A stretch of 64,000 bases of DNA, from positions 288,001 through 352,000 of the forward strand of contig JBFMAF010000010.1 of the NCBI GenBank assembly GCA_040755995.1, read 5' to 3'. Shown in pieces: positions 1 to 8,869 of this stretch. Position numbers and translations under genes: made by a program. The stretch comes from Acidobacteriota bacterium (GTDB lineage: Bacteria > Acidobacteriota > CAIWXX01). The notes under the pieces are model-generated. The model had not been told where the DNA came from, did not search any database, and saw nothing but the letters and a program-made list of their open reading frames with translations. The stretch's first letter is position 1. Each line of letters opens with the position of its first letter.

Positions 1-652
1 CGTCCGGCACGGGAATGCCCCATCGAACGCTCGAGCGTGTCACGGAGAGATCGCGCAGCCCCCCGCGCACGAACTCCGTCACCTCGTTGTACCGGCTCTC
101 GGGCCGGATGAAACCCGGGTTGGCGCGGTAGTAATCGAGCAGCGGCACCTGGTACTTGGAGAGCCTGAAGTAGTAGCAGCGCTCCTTCAGGATCTCCGTC
201 TCCTTGAAACAGTCCGGGCAGCGCCTGTCCTGGATCTCCCGCTCGGTGACGAATTTCTCGCATGAGGTGCAGTACCACCCCTCGTACTCGCCCGCATAGA
301 TGTCCCCCTTGGAACGGACGATGTCGAACAGGCGCTGAACGCCCCGCTCGTGCACCGCATCGGTCGTTCTGATGAACTGCGAGTACTGTATGCCCATCCG
401 CGTCCACAGATCGAGGTAGTTGTGGACGACCCTGTCGGCCAGCTCCTTGGGACTGATACCCTGCTTCGCCGCGGCCTTCTCCACCTTCTGGCCGTGCTCG
501 TCGGTCCCTGTGAGGAAGAAAACATCGCGCCCTCGGGATCGCATGTGACGCGCGATCGCATCGGCCACCACAGTCGTGTAGATGTGGCCGAGATGCGGAT
601 TGTCGTTGACGTAGTAGATCGGCGTCGTGATGTAGAACTTATCTTTGTTCAT
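1..652 (-). CDS. metG: Methionine--tRNA ligase, 5' part (runs off window start)
   Basis: Manual minus-strand translation from ATG at 652: MNKDKFYITTPIYYVNDNPHLGHIYTT (HIGH-type motif), GTDEHGQKV, CxxC knuckle, LRDLSVTRSSVRWGIPVP. Absent from the ORF track because it has no stop in the window. Confidence 0.95.
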   Translation of the reverse strand, partial: MNKDKFYITTPIYYVNDNPHLGHIYTTVVADAIARHMRSRGRDVFFLTGTDEHGQKVEKAAAKQGISPKELADRVVHNYLDLWTRMGIQYSQFIRTTDAVHERGVQRLFDIVRSKGDIYAGEYEGWYCTSCEKFVTEREIQDRRCPDCFKETEILKERCYYFRLSKYQVPLLDYYRANPGFIRPESRYNEVTEFVRGGLRDLSVTRSSVRWGIPVPD

Positions 653-1847
653 TGGGATGGGTCCTCAGAAACGAAGCAACCGCCTCCGCTTGCACCTTCT
701 TCAGCGGAACGCGCGCCTCGCGCGCCAGCGCGGCGCAATCCTCGTACTCGGGGTGGTAGTTGACGATCCGGCCTTCCAGCCTCCCGATCTTCATGCGAAC
801 GTCCCCCCACGGCGTCTGGACGGTCTCGCTCTCGCGGTCGAGCGTGAGCCTGTTCATTCTGGAAAAACGCAAACCGAGGCTGGTGGTCTCCTCGAAAAGA
901 AGGCGCGATAGCGCCTGGATGTGCTCGGCGTCGCTCAGGCACGTCAGCTTCACCGCCGGGCGGTTCTTCTTCATATAGATGGGGGTGAAGTACACCTCGA
1001 TGGCTCCGATTGCTAGCGCTCTCTCGAACAGGTACCCTGCCACCTGCCCGTTCATGTCGTCGATGGTCGCCTCGATCACCTCGACTTCCTCCGCACGGGC
1101 TCCCGATCGCCCGTCCGCATCTTCCCCCAGAAACACCCTCAGCACGTTTGGATAGCCCGCGCTGTCGTTGTCGCCTGCGCCATAGCCGACTCGATCGTAG
1201 ACGAAAGCGGGGAAGCCGGTGAACTCGGGCCGCAGTGCGCGGATGATGGCAGCTCCAGTGGGCGTGACTCGTTCAAGCGGCGGGCCGGCCTGGTAGACAG
1301 GGACGCCGCGGAGCAGCTCCGCAGTAGCCGGGGCGGGGACGGGATACGTGCCATGGCTGCACGTGGCCGTGCCGTGCCCGACGTTGAGAGGCGAACATGT
1401 CACCCTGTCGACGTCGAGTGCCTCGATCAGGAAAAAGGATCCCAGGACGTCGATCAAGGCGTCGACTGCCCCCGCCTCGTGCAGGTGAACGCTCCTCAGA
1501 TCCTGGCCGTGAATGGCGGCCTCGGCATCGAACAGGTGTCGAAATGCCGCTTCGCCGCGCTGTCGCACGGCCGGCGAGAGCTGCTGCGCGCGCGACAGCA
1601 GCTCCATGACCTCACCCAGGTTCCGGTGCATGTCCCTCAGGCGGGTGACATCCACGGTGATCTTGGACGCAGAGACGCCGGCCCGCCGCACTCTGGTCGA
1701 GACCAGGTCGCAATCGCCGCCTCCAGCCAACGGCAGCATCTTCTCTCTCAGCTGTCCGAAGCGCGCCGGTTCGAGGTCGCAGAGAGCCCCGAGCAGCATG
1801 TCGCCGCTCACCCCGGCGAAACAGTCCAGATACAGGTGCCTTCCCAT
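639..1847 (-). CDS. larC: Nickel pincer cofactor biosynthesis protein LarC (DUF111)
   Basis: LYLDCFAGVSGDMLLGAL, HLHEAGAVDALID, HGTYPVPAPAT, TPTGAAI, MKKNRPA, ETTSLGLR, PEYEDC motifs. Overlaps the metG start by 14 bp. Confidence 0.92.
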   Translation of the reverse strand: MGRHLYLDCFAGVSGDMLLGALCDLEPARFGQLREKMLPLAGGGDCDLVSTRVRRAGVSASKITVDVTRLRDMHRNLGEVMELLSRAQQLSPAVRQRGEAAFRHLFDAEAAIHGQDLRSVHLHEAGAVDALIDVLGSFFLIEALDVDRVTCSPLNVGHGTATCSHGTYPVPAPATAELLRGVPVYQAGPPLERVTPTGAAIIRALRPEFTGFPAFVYDRVGYGAGDNDSAGYPNVLRVFLGEDADGRSGARAEEVEVIEATIDDMNGQVAGYLFERALAIGAIEVYFTPIYMKKNRPAVKLTCLSDAEHIQALSRLLFEETTSLGLRFSRMNRLTLDRESETVQTPWGDVRMKIGRLEGRIVNYHPEYEDCAALAREARVPLKKVQAEAVASFLRTHPNEQR

Positions 1848-2020
1848 GGCCTAGTATTATTCATCAGAACCCGCCGATTCGCCAGTAGCGACCGGATGCG
1901 CAGCAATCAGACGGCTCCCAGGCCTCTCACGAGCATTCGCCCGAGCGCGGGTCTTGGGGCCGCTCTTGTCGACTTCGAAGGGACCAGGTTGCTGTGATAG
2001 CATCATGTCCCGGGACTGAG

Positions 2021-2668
2021 ATGTCGAACAGACGTGCGGAGATCCGTGTTCTGGTGGTCGAAGACCATACATTTGTGCGCCAGGGCCTGGTCTCCATGAT
2101 CGAACAGCAGCCCGATATGACGGTTGTGGGCGAGGTCTCCAATGGCAGAGACGCAGTGGATGGCTTTCGGAAGCTCAAGCCCACGGTCACGCTCATGGAC
2201 CTGCGCCTGCCGGAGATGGACGGGTTCGAAGCGATGCAGCTGATCCGCACACTGGATCCGCAGGCAAGGATTGTCGTTCTGACGGCATGCCAGGGCGACG
2301 AAGATATCTACCGGGCGCTCGATGCGGGTGCGTTGGGGTATCTGATGAAAGCGTCGTGCCGGGAAGAGGTGCTGCAGACGATCCGCATGGCCCACGCTGG
2401 GAAGCGCAGGATCGCGGCGAGTGTCGCAGCATGCCTGGCCGAGATGATGCCGCGCATGGACCTGACACCGCGCGAAGTGGAAGTGTTGAGACTCGTGGCC
2501 CGGGGAGAGAGCAACAAAGAGATCGGAGTCGCACTCTCGATCAACGAAACGACCGTGAAGGTCCACGTCCGCAGCATTCTCGGGAAGCTCGGAGCGCGAG
2601 ACCGCACCGAAGCCGTCATGATCGCGCTTCGGCGGGGGATCATCTGCGTCGGGCGCACCTACTACTAA
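2021..2668 (+). CDS. NarL/FixJ-family response regulator (REC + LuxR HTH)
   Basis: VLVVEDH...LMDLRLPEMDG...GYLMK receiver domain; LTPREVEVLRLVARGESNKEIG...TVKVHV HTH. No cognate kinase adjacent. Confidence 0.93.
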   Translation: MSNRRAEIRVLVVEDHTFVRQGLVSMIEQQPDMTVVGEVSNGRDAVDGFRKLKPTVTLMDLRLPEMDGFEAMQLIRTLDPQARIVVLTACQGDEDIYRALDAGALGYLMKASCREEVLQTIRMAHAGKRRIAASVAACLAEMMPRMDLTPREVEVLRLVARGESNKEIGVALSINETTVKVHVRSILGKLGARDRTEAVMIALRRGIICVGRTYY

Positions 2669-2677
2669 AGTAGTAGG
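2658..2677. promoter_or_regulatory. Perfect inverted repeat CCTACTAC-TAAA-GTAGTAGG, candidate operator
   Basis: 8-bp arms with a 4-nt spacer, AT-rich in a GC-rich context, overlapping the regulator stop codon and about 55 bp upstream of the next ORF. Confidence 0.45.
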
Positions 2678-2733
2678 CGATTCTACTTCCCCCGGCGGAT
2701 GCGCCGCCCGCCGTCTCGTTCTATCTTGTCGCC

Positions 2734-3312
2734 ATGCTGATTCCGCTGATCGCGCAACCGGGTACGGCGCGTGGTGCGGCCCCGCGACGGGCGCGCCGTG
2801 CGTTCCACAGTGGCTCGGTCCTCTTGATCGGCCTTCTCTTCGGTCTCGGAGGTTGTCTTCGGCCTTCACCGCCTGAAGAGAAAGAGATCGCCCGGCTGGT
2901 CGAGAGCGAATGGAAGTCGAGTCCTGTGATCTACCTCAAGCCCGCAGTTGGCGGGCAACCCCCCACGGCATTGGCAAGACCCCCGTCCCAGAGCACCACG
3001 ATCATGAGCATCGCCGTCGGGACCGCCGAGGACGGTCAGTTCTGGCAGAGCGGAGGCGCTACCGACACATTTGGACCCCGGACGGGTGGAACCGGCATTC
3101 AGGTCGACCCAACGGCCGGTCCGACGAAGCTCGGGCCCAAGATCAAGATCTGGCCACTGAAAGCACGGATCAATTGGACCCACCAAGACACGTACGCATT
3201 GGGCGCGCAGAAGGAGGTCACCGAGGAACAGGACTACGCCTGCTTCCTGTATCAGGACAAGGACGGCGCCTGGAAGGTGACCTTTGCGCCGCCCGCGCAA
3301 GGATATCTCTGA
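2734..3312 (+). CDS. Hypothetical lipoprotein
   Basis: Basic N-region, hydrophobic stretch, then LGGC lipobox. Start uncertain. Confidence 0.6.
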   Translation: MLIPLIAQPGTARGAAPRRARRAFHSGSVLLIGLLFGLGGCLRPSPPEEKEIARLVESEWKSSPVIYLKPAVGGQPPTALARPPSQSTTIMSIAVGTAEDGQFWQSGGATDTFGPRTGGTGIQVDPTAGPTKLGPKIKIWPLKARINWTHQDTYALGAQKEVTEEQDYACFLYQDKDGAWKVTFAPPAQGYL

Positions 3313-3313
3313 G

Positions 3314-3871
3314 ATGGTGGGTGGGCATGGCGATAGCGGGCGCGCCTCGGTTTCCCGGTGGAAGAGCATCGAGGAAGTGCTGCTCGCGAAGAGCGTCACG
3401 GCGAAGATTCTTTCCCTTTTCCCCATCGCATTGCCAACGGTCTTCGCTGTTCCACGGGGCGAGGGGTTTTCTGACATCAATGTCATCCTGGGAGCGTTTG
3501 TTGCGACCGCGCCGCTAACCGTCGCGGTCGCGGTCGCCGGCGTGATGCTCGTGCGGGACGCCGACGCCAGGGGGAACCCAGCGTTCGATCCCTTGTTGAT
3601 CCCCTGGATGTTGTTCGCACTTGGCATCGTGACCCTGGTCTCCACGCTCGTTGCCAGCTGGCTCGGCGTCGGAGCAGGGATCACGGTTTCAGAGATCTGG
3701 CGGCGGGCCGGCGGCGGAGCAACGGCGATACTTGGATTCCCGATCGCAGTTGTGGAGTACTACTACGAGTGGTACGGACTCCGCGCACTGCTCTCCTCCT
3801 TCGTTGCAGGCGCCTTCCTCGCGTGGTTGTGGACCAGCAAGCTCCTGCCTGCGAAAACCGATCAGGAGTAG
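3314..3871 (+). CDS. Hypothetical integral membrane protein
   Basis: Four to five hydrophobic segments; ATG lies 1 nt after the upstream stop. Confidence 0.55.
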   Translation: MVGGHGDSGRASVSRWKSIEEVLLAKSVTAKILSLFPIALPTVFAVPRGEGFSDINVILGAFVATAPLTVAVAVAGVMLVRDADARGNPAFDPLLIPWMLFALGIVTLVSTLVASWLGVGAGITVSEIWRRAGGGATAILGFPIAVVEYYYEWYGLRALLSSFVAGAFLAWLWTSKLLPAKTDQE

Positions 3872-3950
3872 TCAGTGACCATGCGGACGACGCATACGAC
3901 AACTATTCGCCACAGAATTCATGCTGCTGGAATGAGGCCTGGAGGGTGAC

Positions 3951-4610
3951 ATGGGAAACGCCGGGCGATGGGAGGTGCAGCTACAGGAGCGGGTGGTGGC
4001 CGTGCCGCTACCTGGGGGCTGGAGGGCCACGGAGCAGCCGATTCCCCAGGGCGTGGCGATCGGCGATCGGCATCGCACACTCCTCGTCTATGATCCTGAG
4101 CTGCGACAGTGCCGCCTCGATCTGGTCATGGCGACCGGCGATCGCGTCCGCGCGGTGTGCCAGAACGCACAGGCCGGCCGTCAGCTGACTCACTCGTCTC
4201 ACATCGCCAACGTGATCGAAGCCGGCTGGATCGAGCCCGATCTCTACTATCAGCTCTCCGATCTCACACCGTCAGCAGAGGAGCTCCGGGTGGGAAAGGC
4301 CGTCGACGACGTGTGACTGCGGGCGATCTCGGGTGTCCTGGTGTCGGGTCTGGCCCATCTCCATCACGGAGGTTTCGTTCATGGGGCGCTGTCACCGGCG
4401 TGCCTGGTCCCCGCTTTCCCGGTACCCAGGCTCGGTGCGCTGTGGTGGGTTCACACCTCGGACGGGGAACCTCTCTCTCCGCTCCTCGCGGGAGTCTACT
4501 GGTCCACGTTGCCCGCTCTCTCACGATCTTGCGCCGCACCGGAGCTCGCGCACTGGGGAGTGCCCCGGATGACGCAGACGAATGGAACCGATTCGATGCT
4601 CGCGGCGTGA
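3951..4610 (+). pseudogene. Degenerate protein-kinase-like gene with in-frame TGA at 4314-4316
   Basis: ORFs 3951-4316 and 4341-4610 share a frame. Read-through gives ...AQAGRQLTHSSHIANVIEAG...DV*LRAISGVLVSGLAHLHHGGFVHGALSPACL...CAAPELAHWG, resembling kinase subdomains III-VIII. Confidence 0.5.
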
Positions 4611-4949
4611 TGAACTTGCTGGAAGTGACCGGGCCGCTACCACAGGCGCTCCTGGTGCAGGTCTCCAGCGATAGCGACGAGCCAGACAAGGTGCTGTGCC
4701 GAGCCGGTTCTGAGACGCCGCCCAGGGACTGGGTAGCGAAAATCGAGTCGTGCATGCGTCCCACGAGGAAGTAGAGTCACTGCAAGGTCCAGAAGGAAAG
4801 GGGTGTCCACCATGAAGAGAGCCGCATTGGGTCGCCGCTGCGCCAGCAGGCCGTCATCGCCTGCCCGCATTCCCGCCGTGCCCAGTGTCCGTCACGTCTT
4901 CCGAACAACCCCTTCGAGCTGTCCTGAGGCCGATTCCGCGCTGCGCTCG

Positions 4950-6194
4950 ATGCGAGCCGGGGCAGTGCTTCGGTCACTCGATCGTGCGTGCACGGAGAAC
5001 GGCAAGAAGAGTCTACTCGGCCGAGCATGCCTGATCCTGTCTGCCGCCGTCTGGTTCCACGGCGGCATGATCTGGGCGCAGACGCCGGTCACCCGCCTCG
5101 TGATCGACGACCAGAAAGGGAAGGACGCCAGTCCGAGAATCGCGGCGCTCGGAAACGGTCGCTACGCAATCCTGTGGAGCAGGTACGCCGACGACTACGA
5201 GTCGATGCTGTATGGGCGCGTCGTCGACATCGAGGGCCGGACCATCACACCCGTTCGAAAGAGCATGTTGGGGACAACCGTGGCGGATCCCTGGGCATTC
5301 GACGTCGCAGCGCAAGGCGCAGGTGTCTTTCTGATGGCAGCTGAGCGGTCGTCAGATGAATCGATCGTTACCCGCAAGTTCGGATCGAACGCGAAACCTC
5401 TTTCGGCGCTGGTAGTTGCCACATCGCCAGGAGATGATCCGACCCTCGCCGTGGGCTCAGCCGGCACGGCGCTCGGGTGTACCTGGGGTGCACAGACCTA
5501 CGCCGGCCTGCTGGATGCAGCGGGCCGGATCAGCGGCGACCTGCTCGCGCTTCAGGCGTCTTCAACGTCCAGGTACTTCTTCGGCCTGCATCTGGTCGAA
5601 ACTCCATCCGGGTTTCTATACGTCGGAATCGAGACGACCAGCGACTACTCCGATCGGCGAGCGGCTGGTTGTGCGATTCGATCCGATGCCGGCAGTGCGA
5701 CGAAGGCGACCGCCTACCAGGGGTTCCAGGCCAACGCGGGAAACCCTTACCTCGATGCTGCGTTCGATGGCCCCAGGGGGCTTGTCCTGTTCGGCAGAGG
5801 AGTGGTCGGCGCCGGCGGTATCGGGTACTACAGGCAGCTCAAGAGTGATGGACGGCCGGCGGCGCCGGCCAGGCGCTTTCCGACAAGCGGCGCCACGACG
5901 GCGCACATGTTCAGCGTCCACCCACTGACCGGTACCGATCGCTTCGCATGCGCTTGGCTGGATGAGACGAATTGGAATGCTTACCTGCAGATACGCAAAA
6001 TCGATGGAAGCGCGTCCGCTGCCGCAGTGCAACTCTCTTCGAATTACTGGGCGATGAGCGACCAGGAGATCGCGATGGCGTACGACGCGCCGACCAACAG
6101 GATTCTGGCGGCGTGGATCGAGCGTGCGACTACTCAGAATCCCACAGCCGTCTGGATCGGTGTTTTCGGCCTCGCCGTCGAGGTCCGGGAGTGA
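4950..6194 (+). CDS. Secreted beta-rich protein (possibly a propeller)
   Basis: Signal-like KKSLLGRACLILSAAVWFHGGMIWAQ; recurring P-x-I/V-A...F/Y-x-x-x-W beta units. Start uncertain (4812, 4950 or 4965). Confidence 0.65.
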   Translation: MRAGAVLRSLDRACTENGKKSLLGRACLILSAAVWFHGGMIWAQTPVTRLVIDDQKGKDASPRIAALGNGRYAILWSRYADDYESMLYGRVVDIEGRTITPVRKSMLGTTVADPWAFDVAAQGAGVFLMAAERSSDESIVTRKFGSNAKPLSALVVATSPGDDPTLAVGSAGTALGCTWGAQTYAGLLDAAGRISGDLLALQASSTSRYFFGLHLVETPSGFLYVGIETTSDYSDRRAAGCAIRSDAGSATKATAYQGFQANAGNPYLDAAFDGPRGLVLFGRGVVGAGGIGYYRQLKSDGRPAAPARRFPTSGATTAHMFSVHPLTGTDRFACAWLDETNWNAYLQIRKIDGSASAAAVQLSSNYWAMSDQEIAMAYDAPTNRILAAWIERATTQNPTAVWIGVFGLAVEVRE

Positions 6195-6280
6195 GTGGAT
6201 GGAGTCCGGAATCCGGCCCACGTGCTGCCGGCCTCGCCGAGACCAGGTTCTCAAACGCGCGAAGGAAAGGGGAGTCGAAT

Positions 6281-6637
6281 ATGAAGAGAGCCGGAATGGG
6301 TCGCCGCGCCCTGCTCACCGCTGCTGCAGCCTCTGCGGGCATGCTGCTGGCCTTGACGGCTGTTCCTGCAGCGGATGCGCCGCAGAAGCGGCACGATCGT
6401 GCGCCTGGTAGCACCGAAGACGTGACCGTAGTCCCCTCGTTGTCGTTCAAGGGGTTCTTGGTGCCGAGCTCAGCCACCGTGACCGTGAAGGTCATGAACG
6501 GAAACAAGCCGGTGAAGGGCAGACCGGTGAGCTTCATGATCTACCAGGGTCCCCACATCAACACTCCCAAGTTGTCGACGAAGACCGGTAGCGACGGGAC
6601 GGCAAGCTACGAGATCAGCTTCTTCGCGCCGTCATGA
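6281..6637 (+). CDS. Small secreted protein with Ig-like (Big_1-type) strand pattern
   Basis: GGAG RBS; signal peptide MKRAGMGRRALLTAAAASAGMLLALTAVPAA; VTVKV...PVKGRPVSF...KTGSDGTASY. Confidence 0.65.
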   Translation: MKRAGMGRRALLTAAAASAGMLLALTAVPAADAPQKRHDRAPGSTEDVTVVPSLSFKGFLVPSSATVTVKVMNGNKPVKGRPVSFMIYQGPHINTPKLSTKTGSDGTASYEISFFAPS

Positions 6638-6739
6638 GTCCGATTCCGCGCTGAGCTCCATGGGAGACGGAAGAGGGCGAGACGAGCACATGGGAGGTCG
6701 TCACGTCGTTCGAGCCCCTGACAGGCATCGGTGCCAGGC

Positions 6740-7633
6740 ATGAGTGATCAACCGTCGATTTCCGTCGAAGACTGCACGATCTTCCTGAAGACGCTGAGCT
6801 TCGACGCCGAACCGGGACTTGCGCTGGAGATCGTCGACCGCTGGCGCGATGGGGACCGGGTGAATGTGCGCATGCGCCACCCCAAGAGTCGTGCGTGCGG
6901 GCGTTTCTCCGTTCAACAGGCGTTCTCCTCGGCTGGCCGAAGGTACCTGGTCCTCCATACGTGGCGGACGCAGTTCACGGGCGGCGCCGACATCCTTGTC
7001 GCCCTCCCCGATCCGAACCATGCGGCGACACTCGTCCCCGAAGAGTATCGAGAGCTTTCAAAGCAGGTGGCATGCATGCCGGTCAACGACGATTTCGGCA
7101 GGCTTGCCGAGTACCTCGGGGAGATACCCGATCTGACTGAGCAGATCCGATCTCGCGAGGAGTTTCTGTCCAGAGATCTGACGGCCGAGATCTGCCTTCC
7201 TTGCGAGCCGGTGTCGCCCGGGAGCCTCTTCACGATCGCCGGCAAGCGCCAGCACGAGGGGTGCGTCTTTCTGACGCTCAGGGCCGCGGGCGGCGAATCG
7301 CACACAGATCCACTACTCCTGGAGTTCCTTGCCCGCACGAACCGGCCAGCCGTTTCGACTCAGGATTTCCGCCTGCACTGGATAGCAGAGGTCCACAAAG
7401 ACACCTTCGTTGTGCTCAGCTATCCGCCCGAGCTCGTGGCCGATTCCGATGAACGCCCCCTGATGGTTCTCAGACTGGTTGACGAGCGCACAATGGCGGT
7501 GCTCACCCCGATGGAGTTCGCGGAAGTACGTTTGATCCTGATCGACTGGCTGAGCGTGCGTGACGAGACCAGAGCGACCGAGGCCGACGAGTACCTCGGC
7601 TTCATTCCCGCGCCTCACGGGCGGTCGGCCTAG
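6740..7633 (+). CDS. Hypothetical protein with two internal repeats
   Basis: Both halves end similarly: ATLVPEEYREL...AEYLGEIP and AVLTPMEFAEV...DEYLGFIP. Confidence 0.6.
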   Translation: MSDQPSISVEDCTIFLKTLSFDAEPGLALEIVDRWRDGDRVNVRMRHPKSRACGRFSVQQAFSSAGRRYLVLHTWRTQFTGGADILVALPDPNHAATLVPEEYRELSKQVACMPVNDDFGRLAEYLGEIPDLTEQIRSREEFLSRDLTAEICLPCEPVSPGSLFTIAGKRQHEGCVFLTLRAAGGESHTDPLLLEFLARTNRPAVSTQDFRLHWIAEVHKDTFVVLSYPPELVADSDERPLMVLRLVDERTMAVLTPMEFAEVRLILIDWLSVRDETRATEADEYLGFIPAPHGRSA

Positions 7634-7650
7634 GCTCCTGAGGGCCACAC

Positions 7651-8574
7651 ATGAGCGCAGAGATCGCGGCCAGGGTCGAGAACGCGATCGCTCTCTGGTG
7701 GGAGCGAGGGGACGCAGATCCCGTGCTGCCGGATCTCATCCTGGGGCTCTCCGACCCTCTGGCACGACCGCGCGCGCTGCGTGGGCTGCGTCTGCTCGGT
7801 CCATCCGCTGCGCCGGCGCTGCCAGCGCTATGCCAGTGCCTGACGTGTGCTTCGGCCGAAGATGCGCCAGCGATCTCCTGCACGATGGCTGTCGTCTGCC
7901 CGGACCATCCGGTGGTGCTCGATCGGCTCGCCCACGGAACGGAGGAGGAACGCTTCCGCGTGCTGCTGGCTCTGGGCGAGGCCGGTGAGGCGGCGCGGGG
8001 AGCAGAGACAGCCATCCGAGCCGCAACCCGCGATCCGTCGCCACAGGTGCGTTGGCAGGCGGCGACAACGCTCTGGTCGGTCGCGCGTCGAGCCGACATA
8101 GTCTTCACACTTCTCCGGCGCGAACCCTTTCTCGAAATCCTCTACGATGACCGCGAACACGAGCTCTATGGCGCCTCGTGGCCGAGCCTGCGCAAGATGT
8201 GGCCCTGGTTCGTCGGCCTCATCGCCGAGATCGTCGCGAGCCACCGGAGGTACCTGGACGACCTCCGGCACGGGCTCGAGGGTCGTGGTCTGGTCGAGTG
8301 CCTCAACGCCTGCCGAGTGATCTACCTTGTGGATGGCAGAGACAGCAGTCTCGTCGACCCCATCCGGCGGGTGCTCTTGAACGTTTCGAGCTTCCAGGCC
8401 TTCGTGGCGAGCTGCGAGATGCTCGCCGCCTTGGGCCCTACGGCGCGCAGTGCCGTCGATGTGCTCGAGCGCCTTGCCGTCCCAGTGCCGCCGCTCTGGC
8501 GGGATTATGCAGATCGCGCGCTGATCGCTATTCGAGGGGGCTCCGGCGCCGCGCCCGATTATGGCGCGGGGTGA
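7651..8574 (+). CDS. HEAT-repeat (PBS-lyase-like) protein
   Basis: ALRGLRLLGPSAAPALPAL, RDPSPQVRWQAATTL, LAALGPTARSAVDVL repeats. Confidence 0.75.
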   Translation: MSAEIAARVENAIALWWERGDADPVLPDLILGLSDPLARPRALRGLRLLGPSAAPALPALCQCLTCASAEDAPAISCTMAVVCPDHPVVLDRLAHGTEEERFRVLLALGEAGEAARGAETAIRAATRDPSPQVRWQAATTLWSVARRADIVFTLLRREPFLEILYDDREHELYGASWPSLRKMWPWFVGLIAEIVASHRRYLDDLRHGLEGRGLVECLNACRVIYLVDGRDSSLVDPIRRVLLNVSSFQAFVASCEMLAALGPTARSAVDVLERLAVPVPPLWRDYADRALIAIRGGSGAAPDYGAG

Positions 8575-8869
8575 CGGAACCGAGTCCCTGGAGATCGCTG
8601 GCCGCGACAAGTGTTCGCACGCAGCGCCCCCGCCCCGTCTCGCTCACATATGGCGTACCTGGACGGTCGGGCCTGCCACACCGTCGAGATTCTCGGCGCA
8701 CGCCTGCGGCTCGGATGTCGAATAGTCTGTCTACCTGCCATCAGGCCTCCTCCCGGATCGAAATACGAATTCGTGTGACTTGAAAATACTCCGAAGATGT
8801 TCCTATACTTCAATCCGGAAGCAGAGTGACTATGAGGGGAGTTCCGCGCTTCATGGTACCGGTGCGGCG

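Noticed and set aside
4314..4316. Selenocysteine read-through of the in-frame TGA
   Set aside because: No redox-motif context and no SECIS-like hairpin I can support; the downstream part also appears frameshifted, favouring decay.
8854..8869. Sigma54-like TGGTACCGGTGCGGCG
   Set aside because: It abuts the ATG at 8870, so transcription would begin inside the gene; no UAS motif.
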